From positions 38,790,788 to 38,854,787 of the forward strand of contig CM120640.1 of NCBI GenBank assembly GCA_051362555.1: a DNA stretch of 64,000 bases, in the 5' to 3' direction. The position numbers and the translations under genes were made by a program. The notes under the pieces are model-generated. The model was given only the letters and a program-made list of their open reading frames with translations, had not been told where the DNA came from and made no database searches. Source of the DNA: Lingula anatina. Taxonomy: Eukaryota; Animalia; Brachiopoda. The first letter of the stretch is position 1, and each line of letters starts with the position of its first letter. Of the stretch, positions 24,601-36,772 are shown one piece after another.

Positions 24601-27600
24601 CAAGCCCTCATTACATAAACAACATGCTACAGTTTCTCTTGTTTTCTCTCTAGATCTCTTTCAAGCATCTCTTTATCAAATGATTGTATCTGTTAGGAAT
24701 ATCACATTATAAAAAATCAAGCTGTTAAAATCAATAAATGGTAACTTTCTTTCAAGTCAAGGTGATCTTGTTTAGTACCTCTTTCATCTTACAATCTAAA
24801 CTTTTCTAGCACTTCTAGTAAAAACACAGAAAAGTGGGCACAAAAATTAGATGTGACTGACGTTTTGTGCAAAAGAAGGAAAACTGTCACATAAAACTAA
24901 AAATAGTTAGGTCACCAAAACCATCTGCGTTACCTGCAACAGTATATCATACACGTTAGACAGCACTGTAAATCAACATTTAAATAATCTAAGCATTAAA
25001 AGGCATCACTAAAAACAGTGGCATAAAAGTAGCTAAAAAGACCCATTCTTATCACTGTTGAAGCTATTCAAGTTGAGAACATGATGGTCATTACCAGTGG
25101 ATGGATTCTTGGTCTCATAGGTCTTTCTCCCTTCAGGTATTACCCATTTGTTGTCAATAAAATGCCCGAAGCTTCTTTTATGGTCCTGCAACCATGCCTG
25201 TAAATAAACTCTTAGAGTGAGTTGGTAATGTGTGGCGTATATCTTTGCCAACATTTAAAATCATTCAAGATAATTTGAACTTGTTGAATCGAGTACAGAA
25301 ATACAGTAGCTTAATAGTAAAATAATGAAAATGTAAGGAAGTTAAATGATTTATAAAATATAGTGAAGCTTAATCAGTTCCACTGAAAGCAAACTTGTAA
25401 ATTTTAAATATAGCAAACTAGTACCTAGGCATAAGCTAAAGTCAGAAACCACAATTATAGAACAAATGCAACATATAAATTTTAATCAATATAGAATGAC
25501 TGTGCAGACAAATTACTGATAACACACATCAGACTTGTCAAACAGAAATTCTTTTTTAGGTTAATACATTGGTTTGAAAGGCAGAAATCAGAATTCAAAT
25601 TCATGTAGTACATTTCATGGACCTGCATAAAGGTAGCTTTTATCATGCACAAAACACTGCATATGCAAGACAGACTACAGTATTTTATAACTGTCTGGTA
25701 GCAATGACACAAGTCTTTTCTGTCTCTGATACACACTGTGATATGTATACAGTCAGACCTACAAAGTGTGTAATAAATCAGACAGAGAATACCAGTTTAA
25801 CATGCGATTGTTTTAATACTGTCTAAAATGCAAGGTGAATTGCTGAGCACATAGTCCAAACAGTCGATTTGTAGCACACCGTTTTTGTGTTTGGTATTTT
25901 TATGTTAATATGTGCTACACTGCAACTCTGGTGTATATTTTTACACAACACTGAATAGTACTGATACATGCAGTGACCTTTCAGCAAGTTTATGGGATTA
26001 AAAATTGGTCATCAAAGACTTTCCTCCTATACAGATTTATTTATTTATATTTATGACTGTTTAAGGTGGGATTATTGAAATCTCATCAAAAATTAATATT
26101 TTTCTAATTGACTATGTATCTTAGATTCTTTTCCAGCATTTCAAATTATTTCCATTACTTTGACAATACAGAACATCCTTACAAACTTCAACCACCACAG
26201 AAATAGAGTTTGGCTGAATTTTACTTCTTCAACAATAAAACAGCAAATTCCACAGTTGGATAAATTGAATATGGTATCCAAATCCATACCCAAGTATGTG
26301 CATGGCAGCTTGATATAAGTAAATATATCTTAAAGACAATAACTGCTCCATGGCATAGAGGTTTTTTTTCCATACCAATTGCACACAGCACTTCAAATAT
26401 CACCAGTTAGAAGCTCATATATATTATCCAAATAGAACTCCACTGTGTTAGAGAAGAGGGGTGAGATTTTATCACAATATAATTGATTGTATTAAAAAAG
26501 ACACTGGGTAAGATTCAATCACAGCGTGGAGAAAAAGTTGCATTCAAATGATATCATATTGTCTGATTACATTGTAAGTCAACCTAAGAAACAGACACAT
26601 ACTAGTAATAACCAAACTAAACCTACCTGTAAATTCTGAGTAAAGTTAGAACAATTAGTAATTTTGTATGTACAGACAAAAATTAAATTATGTGATCAAA
26701 GTTGTATATTGATATTTAGATATTTTAATTATTCAGAACTGTGAGCAGAAGCACAAGAAATAAAGAAAATACTTTTTTCACTTTCATAATCAAGTCAAGC
26801 AGTCCAAATTGAATTGGAAAGACAGGTTCTTTGTCCAGAGAAAGCAAGAGTTCAAAAAAAGACCTTCGTGTACACATGACCGTGTGGTTGACTTGCTTTC
26901 TTTGTTCACATTGATGAAGATTTCATACCACAAACCTCAGATCTGAGTATAACCATATCAAATGCATTTTGTTCACTACATACAAAAAATAACGAAGCCT
27001 AGGAGAGACTAACAAGTCACAGGTGGTTCAAATTTACATTCACTTACAGTTGTACTTATGCAGTATGCCCCTAGTTAAAGTTACAGGTCCTTCACCTCAG
27101 TTTTCAGCCTCAGATTTACTTTTTTTTTTTTTTTTGGCTGAAATCTGAGGCAAACAGGCTCTTGACTTTCTTTAAATGCTTTTCCACTTAATTCTGTTAT
27201 GTGGTGACTATTGTCGATGTCTCCGTTTTAAGTCATGCAATTTCCTCATTTTTTCTATGTTGTTGCATTGCATTTCAAACCATTTAAATACATAGAGAGT
27301 TGAGGTTACTATAGGAGTAAACAAACCGCAGAAATATCAGTCAGAAAATTGCAAAATTGTTTCATTTGGATAGCAGAGTCATTTATTTTATCAAAGTCAC
27401 CTCAAAACCGAGAGGCACACTGCACTACATGTACTAGTTCACAAAAACGTAAACTGCAGTGCATGTACAGTCTCTTAAGGCCTAACTAATGAACTAAATA
27501 GCATATTCAATATGTATAACACTATTTTAACAAGAAGCACCTGTACGACGTTATCGGCCTCTGGAGCAGGGCCATAATCCATCTTTTTGAAGATCTCGGC

Positions 27601-27642
27601 AATACTGTTCGGATCTTTTTGGCTTGGTTGTGTAGCTGCCAT
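17972..27642 (-). CDS. ALDH16A1: Aldehyde dehydrogenase family 16, exons 1-9 (488 codons); C-terminal exons not in the window
   Basis: Phase-consistent GT-AG exons 27642-27541, 25197-25095, 24473-24347, 23498-23320, 23144-22882, 22522-22370, 22091-21894, 21077-20982, 18214-17972. Motifs MDYGPAPE (ALDH16 N-terminus), [53 protein letters not shown]. Confidence 0.9.
18669..20918 (-). mobile_element. Non-autonomous Helentron (HINE), family A copy 1, in ALDH16 intron 8
   Basis: Left hairpin AGTACCGCCAGCGT..ACGCTGGCGGTACT (20884-20913), (GGAGCCGGC)n microsatellite, diverged ~146-bp monomers (19780-20260), subTIR GTACCACCAGC (18708-18718), palindrome GAGGCG..CGCCTC (18684-18699), CTAG-TT end next to an (AAT)n tract. 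Confidence 0.9.
19023..19342. mobile_element. Internally deleted TTAA MITE nested in HINE copy 1
   Basis: TTAA at both ends; both halves match, inverted, the ends of the element at 31479-32119. Confidence 0.7.
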
Positions 27643-27931
27643 GCTGCAGTTATCCCTTGACTCGTTTTCGTATAAGTATTATGTAACGCAATGTTATGGT
27701 ATTGATGAGAACGAGGTATTTGTTTTCTATTTACCGCTCTGTTTTACCTTGACCCAATACGTACTTGACCTAATTAATCTCACATGAAAAAAAAAACAAG
27801 AACTTACGATAGGGGGCAGCACGTTACAAAACAACGCTTGTTTCTCGTAATGTTGAGAAGATTGTACATAAACCATGCTTCTGTAGTATTTTAAAAGTGA
27901 ATAACTGTAAGTTCAGTGTAAGGGTTGTGAC
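27643..27931. promoter_or_regulatory. Bidirectional promoter region, ALDH16/PIH1D1
   Basis: Only 289 bp separate the divergent start codons at 27642 (-) and 27932 (+). Confidence 0.8.
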
Positions 27932-30900
27932 ATGGCGGGTATGACGAGCACAGACCTCTTGGAAGCAGAGCTGGAAGAAAATGCTATCTACAAAAAGTTG
28001 CTGATGGAGGTGATTGTCGACCGTCTTATATTCTTTCCGAACTAGAATCCAAGATAGATCTTTGATCCTAGTTCCAAATAATTTTAAGTATGACTGGTAA
28101 TTATAATGATGTTGACATTAATTATAAAATGTTGACATGAGCGTTTAATTGATCCAAGCCAGGATTTTGAACCCATTATAAGTCCATGAATCACTTTTTG
28201 TTAAACTTATTTGAGGACACTTAAATATCGATATATTGAGAGATAAATGGCCTTTATCAATATTGTAAAAACTAATGACATTCACCATCCCCTTTTCATC
28301 CTCGGTATTGCTCGAGCCATCTTGACACAATTTGAAAATAAGGCGGTTTGAACATACCGTGTAGCACAAAGAGCGCATTCTCAACGAATTAAGCCAGGCT
28401 TTACAAAGCCGGTGACCTAAAAATGGCGGACGTACATGAAAGAAAAACCGCCTAATCTTTTAATAGTCTCTCCGCCTCCCCACACGTCGTCCCTGCGGGG
28501 TACAGTAATTAAATCTCGGCTCCGTTCACCATGCGGAAGCCACCTGAGAAATATTAAGTGCGCATGCTCATCAGTTAAACTCGTGGTGAAGAAAGCATGG
28601 CGGCTGAAGGCGATCGAAGGAAAAAAAGCTCTTCTGTTCTATTATCTTTGAAAACAGAGACGAAAAAGGAATAATTTGGCCCGTAGAGCAGCAATGAATC
28701 GACTATCTACGGAGATAATATCACCAGAGATATTCACGGAAATATTAATGTTCGGAGCCGAGATTTAATTACTGTACCATGCAGGGACGACGTGTGGGGA
28801 GGCGTGTGAGAGGCGGAGAGACTATTAAAAGATTAGGCGGTTTTTCTTTCATGTACATCCGCCATTTTTAGGTCACCAGCTTTGTAAAGCCTGGCTTAAT
28901 TCGTTGAGAATGCGCTCTAAGGTCTTATCACATCCAGAAGTTGAGTCAGTGGAATGAATGGGGTATCTAGAAAACCCGCGCTTAAAAGGGCAACTCCATG
29001 GGATTTTGCCACCAGTTAATTGTTAGAGGCTCTATCCACGTATCTGACAATCCCCACAGTCATACGCATGTCCTGTAAAGATAAGTATATTTTCCAATTC
29101 AGACTCTAAAGACAGTTTATACCTCATGTCTCTTTTGTCTTCCCAGCCTCCTCAAATAGCCACTGCCAGCTTGCAAAGCCTATATTTAATATGGCACAGG
29201 GCTGTGATACAAAACAACCTACCATTTTCTTGTGTGAAAATAAGGCAATGAGCTGACAACCAATGTTTTCAATAATAATCGGCTTGTCAAATTAAGGTAT
29301 ATTAGATTAAAAAAGGAATAAAACATCAAATCCAAGTGCAAAGATGGGTCAAGCAATTGCTTTTTACCCCAGAAAAATTCATTTTGACAAGAAAAGCCCA
29401 TGGAGTTTCCATGGAGTTTTTGGTTATCTTTGCTTTTTCCAAAATTATTACAGAGATACATGTATGGCAAGAGTCAGAAATGGAAGACTTACAAGTAAAT
29501 GGTTGGAAAGAGGGGGGAGAGGTTTTTTACCCCTAGAAAATTAATTTAATGTGAATTTTTGGGAAAACCTGGCGTGGAAGGCTTTAAATGTATAAATTCA
29601 GCATTTCATGGGAATTTAATTTTTTGTATTGTTTTCTTATCCATGCAGGCAGCAGCTCAGAACAGCGGGCTACAACAGCAAACTCCACACTTTAAAACTG
29701 TGATACCAAAACCAGGTGAGGGAACCAGCATATTTCTTCACATTTTACAAAGTGTGAAAGAAACTCATGAAATCGATGACATAGCAAGAGCCTTTTTTCA
29801 AATTTGATTGAGCTCTATAGAATAGAAAAGAATAGAATGCTGTTGCTGACATTCTTAAAGTTTACTCAATACATGCACTAGTAGCAATGACATCCTATAG
29901 AATTTATGTAATAAATTTCAAATAAAATTGTCCATTTTATTTTTAGGTCTAACACAAGGAAAAAAGCCTTATGCTATTTCCTCCCCACCACCCTCAACAT
30001 AATAAATAAACAAAATAAATAAAAGGTAAATAGGTAAATAAATCATTGCAAGTGTAGCACAATTTTTGTAAATTTTTTCAAACTGTCCAACAAATATCAT
30101 TGGTTCTATTACTAATATTTAATGCAGTACAAAAACAAATGTATGTTTATGAATATTTTATTTCAGGTTTTTGTCTCAAGACAAAAACTGACAAGGAAGA
30201 AAAAGTATTCATCAACGTGTGTTCCTCAGAAACTGTAAGTTGTTAATATATATAACATAATAGGGTTATGTACCAGGATGTATTTCTAAAAATGCTCATA
30301 TTTACTTTACATAAATTCCAAAAGGTAAAGGTGTCTGAATACCTACACTGTATATTGAGTTCTCAATGAAATACTTTGACTTATTACAGCACACAAACAA
30401 CAAAGTGTTGCTTTGAGATTGTTGACTTGAAAATTGGAAGTTGCATTCTGTATATTTCGTTTCTCTGAAATGCCTTGAATTTCTAGCTTCCGAAACCAAA
30501 AGACATAACAGAAGAAGATCTCATAAAAGTTTTGGAATCCGAGGATCCAACTGCATTTAGGGTGCCTATGAGTCTTGGAGAGCCTCATGCAGAGATTGAC
30601 AAGTGTGAGTATTTAATGGCATTATATGGAAGAAAAATGTGGTCAGTTATAAGACAGTTGCCTTTTTGCTCTGAAATGATATGTGATATTTAAAGAAACT
30701 AGATTCGACTAGGATTGGAAGGTATGTATTTTACTGACGTTTTTGTGTGTGTGTGCATATATACACATTTATGTAAATTATACTCTTTCTTTCTATTTTA
30801 GCTGGGAAGGGCTGCACTGCGTATGATGTTATTATACACCCAGACTTCTTGGAGAAATGTAAACAGAGCGAACTCTTTGTGAAATTCCTAATCACCATTT

Positions 30901-33184
30901 CAATTGAAGGCCTTGAAGAAAAATACAGCATGTTATTGGATAGAAGTATGTTACTAAAACAATGTGCTCATGATTTGGGGTTATATACTTGTGTATAAGT
31001 AACTTGGTTTCTTTGAAAAATAAACCTGTGTACTCTGACTTGAACTGCAAGGTACAACTTTGGTTGGTTTTTTGCTAGGATTGAGTAATAGATTTTAAAA
31101 TTACTTGGAATATCTTGATTTTTTCAATTTTTTTTTTCACCAGTGGTTAGGGCACCATTAATAATTATCATATTTTGGAATATGAAATGAAGTAATGTTG
31201 TGATAGTTGAGATTCAGTACATCACCTGAAAAAGCTGTCTTTGATATTCTCAATCACTTTGCAGTGTCAAATGTAATGTTTTGTATGCTGTAAATTTGTT
31301 ATTTCAGATTACACTATGCTGAAAAATAGGAAATTTCTTGGCACTCTCCCTGAACAGAATATAAGAACCCAGTCCAAGCCCTTAATCATGGAAATGGGAA
31401 GGTGAACATTTCACATTAATTTACTTTAAAACACGAGAGAGATTAAAATTTTGCCTTTTGATCAGTTAATTCAGACCCTTAAAGTCATAATAACTCTTCA
31501 TTTTGGCCAAAAATTGGATTTTCCTGGAGTAAACGGCAATTTTCCCGTACTTACCAATGGTCAGCGACCCCATTCCTGCATTCAAAGTTAATCCAGGTTT
31601 TTTTTCCTAAACGTACAGTTTTTTGTTAAAATCTCTTAAGAGATTTTAACTGACGGAGCTCTCTCTGACATCGCATAGTCACTGTTGACCTACTTAAAAC
31701 CGCGGGAAAAGCAGACAACAACAACACTATATAAGATTCATGAGATTTATTCGTCTTTTTGTTAAAAAATACATTAATGTCCACAATGTGTGCCATTCTG
31801 GGCTTTTCGTTATCCGACGCACTGTACAAAAACTCGCAACTTACGTCTGCGTCTGCATTAATGTGTTTGGCGCCATATGTTTTTTTTGGTCTCGAATGAA
31901 CGCGAGAATCCGCGTGACACCATTACGTCATTAGCAACGAATGCCTTGATGACCGTGAAGAAAAGCATCGAAAGCCCTATTGACAAGCACAGATTTTAGT
32001 TTTACTACAATAACGGCCGTTTTAGTGGTAAAATATAATAGAATATATTTCCATGCGTTGTTTACAATGTATTTCATGCGGAATTTTGAATCTCAAAGGA
32101 AGAGTTATTATTGCTTTAAAATATCAATCTGATGAAAAAAGCTTTTCTACTAAAGATTAGCATTAAATCATATATGAGTAGATGTATGTATTCCATAGCT
32201 TTCATAAACAATCTGCTTTTGCAAATTAGAATTATTGTCATATTTTCATTGTCATTTTACAGTGCTGGAGCTTCAGCACCAGGGAAACCTCTTATATCAG
32301 AGGTCTCAAGTTTTAATAGTCAGGCAACGAAGCCCAAGTAAGTCTTAGTTGCAACTTGAAAGGTTACTTTCTGTCAGAAATGATGGTCATACATCTTGAT
32401 ATATAATCACGTTTGCCATTTCTTAAATTCTTAAAATAGCTCAAACAGCCAGTGGCTTGAATAGCATGTGATAAGTTGGTGTCATAGATAGAATTTCAAG
32501 GTTCTTTTTTTCTTTAGAGGAGAGGAACCAAAGTACACAATTGTTCAAGAACCCCCCGATGGGCACCCAGAGTTTCTTGTTGCTGAGATACAACTTCCTA
32601 AAGTGGTGTGTATTTTGATATTTTGTATTTCTATCAAAAGAATTGAAGGAATTTTTCCCTTTCCCAAATGAATAGATTAAGTGAGATTGACAAAAAATAA
32701 AGCAGCATGTACTGTATATCATTAGATTTGCTAAATTAACCAGTCTTTAAATAAAAGTGCTTGTTCAAAACTGTTCAATTTTTCCAGAAAACAGCAAAGA
32801 GTTTGACATTAGATTTGGGTGAAGATAGAATTTTCCTTCAGACACGATCAGACATTTATTTACTGGACATCTATTTACCTTTCAATTTAATACAAGATGA
32901 ATGTGGGGCACAGTTTAATAGACAGACAAAGGTAAGGTTTCTTAATAAGATTCACTTGAGGAATGCAAGAGGCTTGAAAGTGGAAAAGAAAAACAACATT
33001 ACATGTAATAATAATGATAATAACAAACTATAATGATGGTACTGTATGGATTTATTTCTTTGTTTAATTTCATGTTTGTCATGTTTATGTGCTAAGAATG
33101 AATTTAAAGTTATATAAGAAATTGTTTTCTATTTGAAAATAGGTGCTGACACTGACAATGCCTGTTGTTCTTCCATGCAGCTGA
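27932..33184 (+). CDS. PIH1D1: PIH1 domain-containing protein 1 (R2TP co-chaperone), 10 exons
   Basis: Exons approx. 27932-28009, 29649-29715, 30167-30234, 30487-30604, 30802-30945, 31308-31401, 32263-32337, 32517-32604, 32788-32931, 33143-33184. Motifs [56 protein letters not shown] match PIH1D1. Confidence 0.93.
28370..28918. mobile_element. MITE with ~125-bp terminal inverted repeats in PIH1D1 intron 1
   Basis: AGAGCGCATTCTCAACGAATTAAGCCAGG... at the left and its reverse complement ending ...GAATGCGCTCT at the right. Confidence 0.9.
31479..32119. mobile_element. TTAA-flanked (Kolobok-like) MITE in PIH1D1 intron 6
   Basis: TTAA-AGTCATAATAACTCTT ... AAGAGTTATTATTGCT-TTAA; second copy at 19023-19342. 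Confidence 0.8.
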
Positions 33185-34154
33185 TACATTTAGTAACCGG
33201 TTCATGGCCACTCTTGTTTATTTAATTTTCATTTATATTTATTTTTTAAAGGAAAAAATGAAAAAGGGCATTATTATTTTTAATGTCACTTTAATATGCA
33301 TGTTGAACATCATTAGGAATTTATCTCATCAGTGAAATAATTTGATGTATGGGTAGGTGAACAGGTTGGAGAATACTACTGTGGAAGATAATTTGTTCTA
33401 TGGTTTTTGGGATGTAGTATTAAAACAAAGCAAGTTTATGTGTTAATGAATATCATGGACTTAAATGCGTCATTGTCATTTTCAAGTTAAATGCGTCATT
33501 GTCATTTTCAAGTTGTAAAAATTGTATTAATGTGGGAAGGGTTTTCATGGTGAGCAACGGGAATGAATTTTGTATATCACTGATGAAATTAAAATGATTT
33601 GGAACATTGTTTCAAAGTATTGAAAACTAATCAAGATTTCTGTTTTCATGAAGTGTCTTTGATACTTATATATACATATTCATAAATGACAGAAAATTGA
33701 ATTTTCTGAAAAGAAATATAAAAAATAAAAAAATTTTGAAATTCAGAAATAAATGCCTTTGCTTTTTTCTATTGTCAGGATTTAATTTAGTTTAAAAAAT
33801 AAGATCAGGTCGGAATTGTTGAATGATAGACTTGTTAGAAAATTCCTATAATTTTATTTCCAAAAGAAAAAAAAATGGCAGATTAACACTTACAATTACC
33901 GAAAGTGAATTGAACACGATGATTTTTTGAAAACGAGAGTACACGAAGACCTATCTCTTGAACCCACTCCAAAGGGGGCGGGGGGGGGGGGGGGGGGTTC
34001 AACTCCCAAACCGCAAGTACGTTGAGTAAGCGAATAATTATGGCATTTTTGCCTTTTTTACACAGTGCATTTACTTTCTTCGCCCCAAATGTTCCACAGT
34101 TGCTGCGTTTACATGTACCTCCTATTTTACTGCTAGTGTGCTCACGTGCTAGTA

Positions 34155-34426
34155 CAGTGACGGATGAAGGGGGGGTCCTGACCCCCCCCCTTTTGATTTC
34201 TGAAAAAAAAATACGTATGGTCCACTCTTGAAATTAGAATTTTGACTAGCTGTCTCATACATGTAGTTCTAAACCAAATGGCACCGTTCGCTCTCTAAAA
34301 TACCAAATTTTCGGGGTCCTTTAGCAGGCCCGAACCCCACGCCAAGGGGAGGGGGGATTGGAAGAGTCGGCTTCGTATCCGCGGGCTGCCCCCCCCCCTC
34401 CCCCCCTCTTCCTGGATCCGCCCCTG
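34155..34426. mobile_element. 272-bp CAG...CTG MITE with 5-bp TSD (hAT5-like), upstream of XBP1
   Basis: TAGTA|CAGTGACGGAT ... GGATCCGCCCCTG|TAGTA; relatives at 42583-42856 and 57725-57876. Confidence 0.75.
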
Positions 34427-34657
34427 TAGTACATGTACAGATCTAGCAAATGCCACTAATATTGCAGCATACCGGAAATAGTAAGTCACTAAATTGTATG
34501 TTTTGAATTTCGTATGATGAAATGTACGAAATTTTTGCAAAGAGAATTATTCGACGGAACACGAAATAATACATGTAATACGCTCCAGCGTGGCAGGTTA
34601 TTTGTTTTTGGTCATACGCTATTTTTAGAAAGGAGACCTTGCATCAGAAATAGTCAG

Positions 34658-34718
34658 CCAATCAGCTGGTGATAGTCTGACGTCAATTGCACCTGACGAC
34701 CAATAAGAAATCGACACG
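34658..34718 (+). promoter_or_regulatory. XBP1 proximal promoter: CCAAT, CRE and ERSE-like element
   Basis: CCAAT 34658-62; TGACGTCA 34678-85; CCAAT-N9-ACACG 34700-34718 (ERSE consensus CCAAT-N9-CCACG). Confidence 0.7.
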
Positions 34719-34852
34719 ACCGTCAGTAGCGAGAGTTATAGGAGAGAGAAAAGCTGTGTTAGGGATGTAGAAGTTTACAACTCCGATTTTGATGACCTAC
34801 AATCGGTTAATCAAATTTGTATGTGTTCTGCACTGATACTAAGAGTACGAAA

Positions 34853-36076
34853 ATGACTTCATTGGGACGGAGAACGATTTTGATCACCACTGTGCCACAG
34901 AAACCCACTAGCCCGGTGGTGATGGAGGTCCCGGCCCATGTTGTGGAGGATGAGCCCCTGGAGCCGGGGCGAAAAAGACGAAGACTCACGCATCTCACAC
35001 AAGAGGAGAAGATGCTGAGAAGGTAAAACATCTTGCACTGTTAATTGAATGTTACAAATATTTTTTTCTTGGCATTTCATTTTAGAACCACGCTTGAAGT
35101 TGAAGACCAAAAATGCATTTACCATATGGAACATTCCAGAATGGAATGTTACCCGGAAGTTTATATGTCTAATATGACATTTGTAGATTTCTGCAATATT
35201 ATAAGATATGATAAAGTTAAAATTTGAAATTAAGTTTCTGATGAAAGGTTAATCAATTAAGTTTTGTTTCATCTGGTCACTTGTCATGTAATTAAAAGAT
35301 TTGAATTAGATTTACTTCATTACTGTCTTTCTCTTTCATATTCGCTTCTCATTAGTTTTTCCCAGAAAAGCAATTCACATATTTAAACATCTGTCTTGCA
35401 GAAAATTAAAAAACAGAGTAGCAGCCCAAACAGCTCGAGACAGAAAGAAAGCAAGAATGTCAGACCTTGAAGCAGAATTGAATACAATGGAAAGAGAAAA
35501 TAAAAGACTACAGGCAGAAAATATTTCATTAAGACAAAAATCCAATGCACTTTTTCAAGAAAATCAGCAGCTAAAAGAACGTCTTGGACAGAATCCAGAA
35601 GGTGTTGTCATCCTAAAGAAAGAACATTCATCCCCTGAGTCCGCAGCACTCAACCTTCCTCAGCAGCAGGAAAAGATGATTGCTCTTTCTCTATTGATGA
35701 CGCACTTAGTTGCCTGTCTAATGACGTGGAAGTAAGTATTTCTTTATAATAAGTTAGAGACGTGTTCTTGTTTTAAAGTAACCTCAAGTAGATAATATTA
35801 CAGCAGAAGAAGCATTCTTTAAACTTGTATTTTAGATTGAGGGTCTGTGCAAACAAAATATTTGCATCCAAGAATGCATGTATTTAAAACAACGTGTATG
35901 TTTTTTCCAGTATGATTTTCTTGGATTGCTCCAACAACTACAGAAGGAAACGAGTGATGAGCCAACAGAAGAGCCTGCTACAGACAGCACACAGCAACAC
36001 ATTCCCCTGCAAACAGCCCCTACTAACATGGTGGGGCCCACAACAGAAGAGCTGGAATCCATCAATGAACTCATAA
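34853..36076 (+). CDS. XBP1: XBP1 unspliced form (221 aa)
   Basis: Same exons without IRE1 splicing: hydrophobic HR2-like MIALSLLMTHLVACLMTW, ending QPLLTWWGPQQKSWNPSMNS*. Confidence 0.9.
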
Positions 36077-36504
36077 AATTTGATCATGAGTATTTCAAAG
36101 TTGATAAGAAAGAAGTGGTGCAACACAAACCATCCACATGTGCAGGTCATCTGCAACAACAGACCATCCCAGTAAACACGAAATTGAACACTGAGGACAC
36201 CACAATGTCTGCTGCTCTTGAAGATTTGGACCAGATCTTGAAAAGCAGCCTGGCTGGATTGGAGCCCTCTGTGCCAAACCAGTCTTTTGTTTCTAAGGAC
36301 AATGTAGTTGCAATAGATACTTCACTATATGAAGAGAATGATGGGAAAATCAAAGGGGAGACAGTCAGCGACTCTGGCTACAGTGATATGAGTGATGTTG
36401 GATCTCCTGCTAGTAGCTGTGGGTCTCCAGATAGTGACTATTCCTCGGGACTAGATGAAATCTGGGAAGACTCTTTTACTGAGCTTTTCCCTTCATTGTT
36501 GTAA
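34853..36504 (+). CDS. XBP1: X-box binding protein 1, IRE1-spliced form (357 aa)
   Basis: Exons 34853-35022, 35402-35731 (minus 35644-35663), 35911-36504. bZIP RKRRRLTHLTQEEKMLRRKLKNRVAAQTARDRKKARM; C-terminal ELESINELIKFDHEY and WEDSFTELFPSLL. Confidence 0.96.
35644..35663 (+). other. IRE1 unconventional intron, 20 nt
   Basis: Twin stem-loops TGAGT-CCG^CAGC-ACTCA and TTCCT-CAG^CAGC-AGGAA with 7-nt loops; removal shifts the bZIP frame into the XBP1s frame. Confidence 0.93.
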
Positions 36505-36772
36505 GGGTTTAGACCTTTACTTAAAAAAAAAAGACTTAAAGCTTTCAATTATGTATATAGTAAATGTCTAATACAGAATTCGAGAGAAAATAATTAAATT
36601 TGCATTTATTTAATATATTTTGGTGGGAAGCAGGTTGCCCCCTTGTACATATTTATTGTTTCAATATTGTCCTTAGAAATAAAAATGTTAAATTCTATTT
36701 TTTTCTTTTATTAATCTTGAACGATTTTTAACATGGAAGTAGTTTTTCCGAAAGTTTATGGTAAAAGGAACG

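Noticed and set aside
33461-33513. 26-bp duplication downstream of the PIH1D1 stop (and a ~30-bp one at ~40355-40415)
   Set aside because: Ordinary slippage duplications with no visible consequence.
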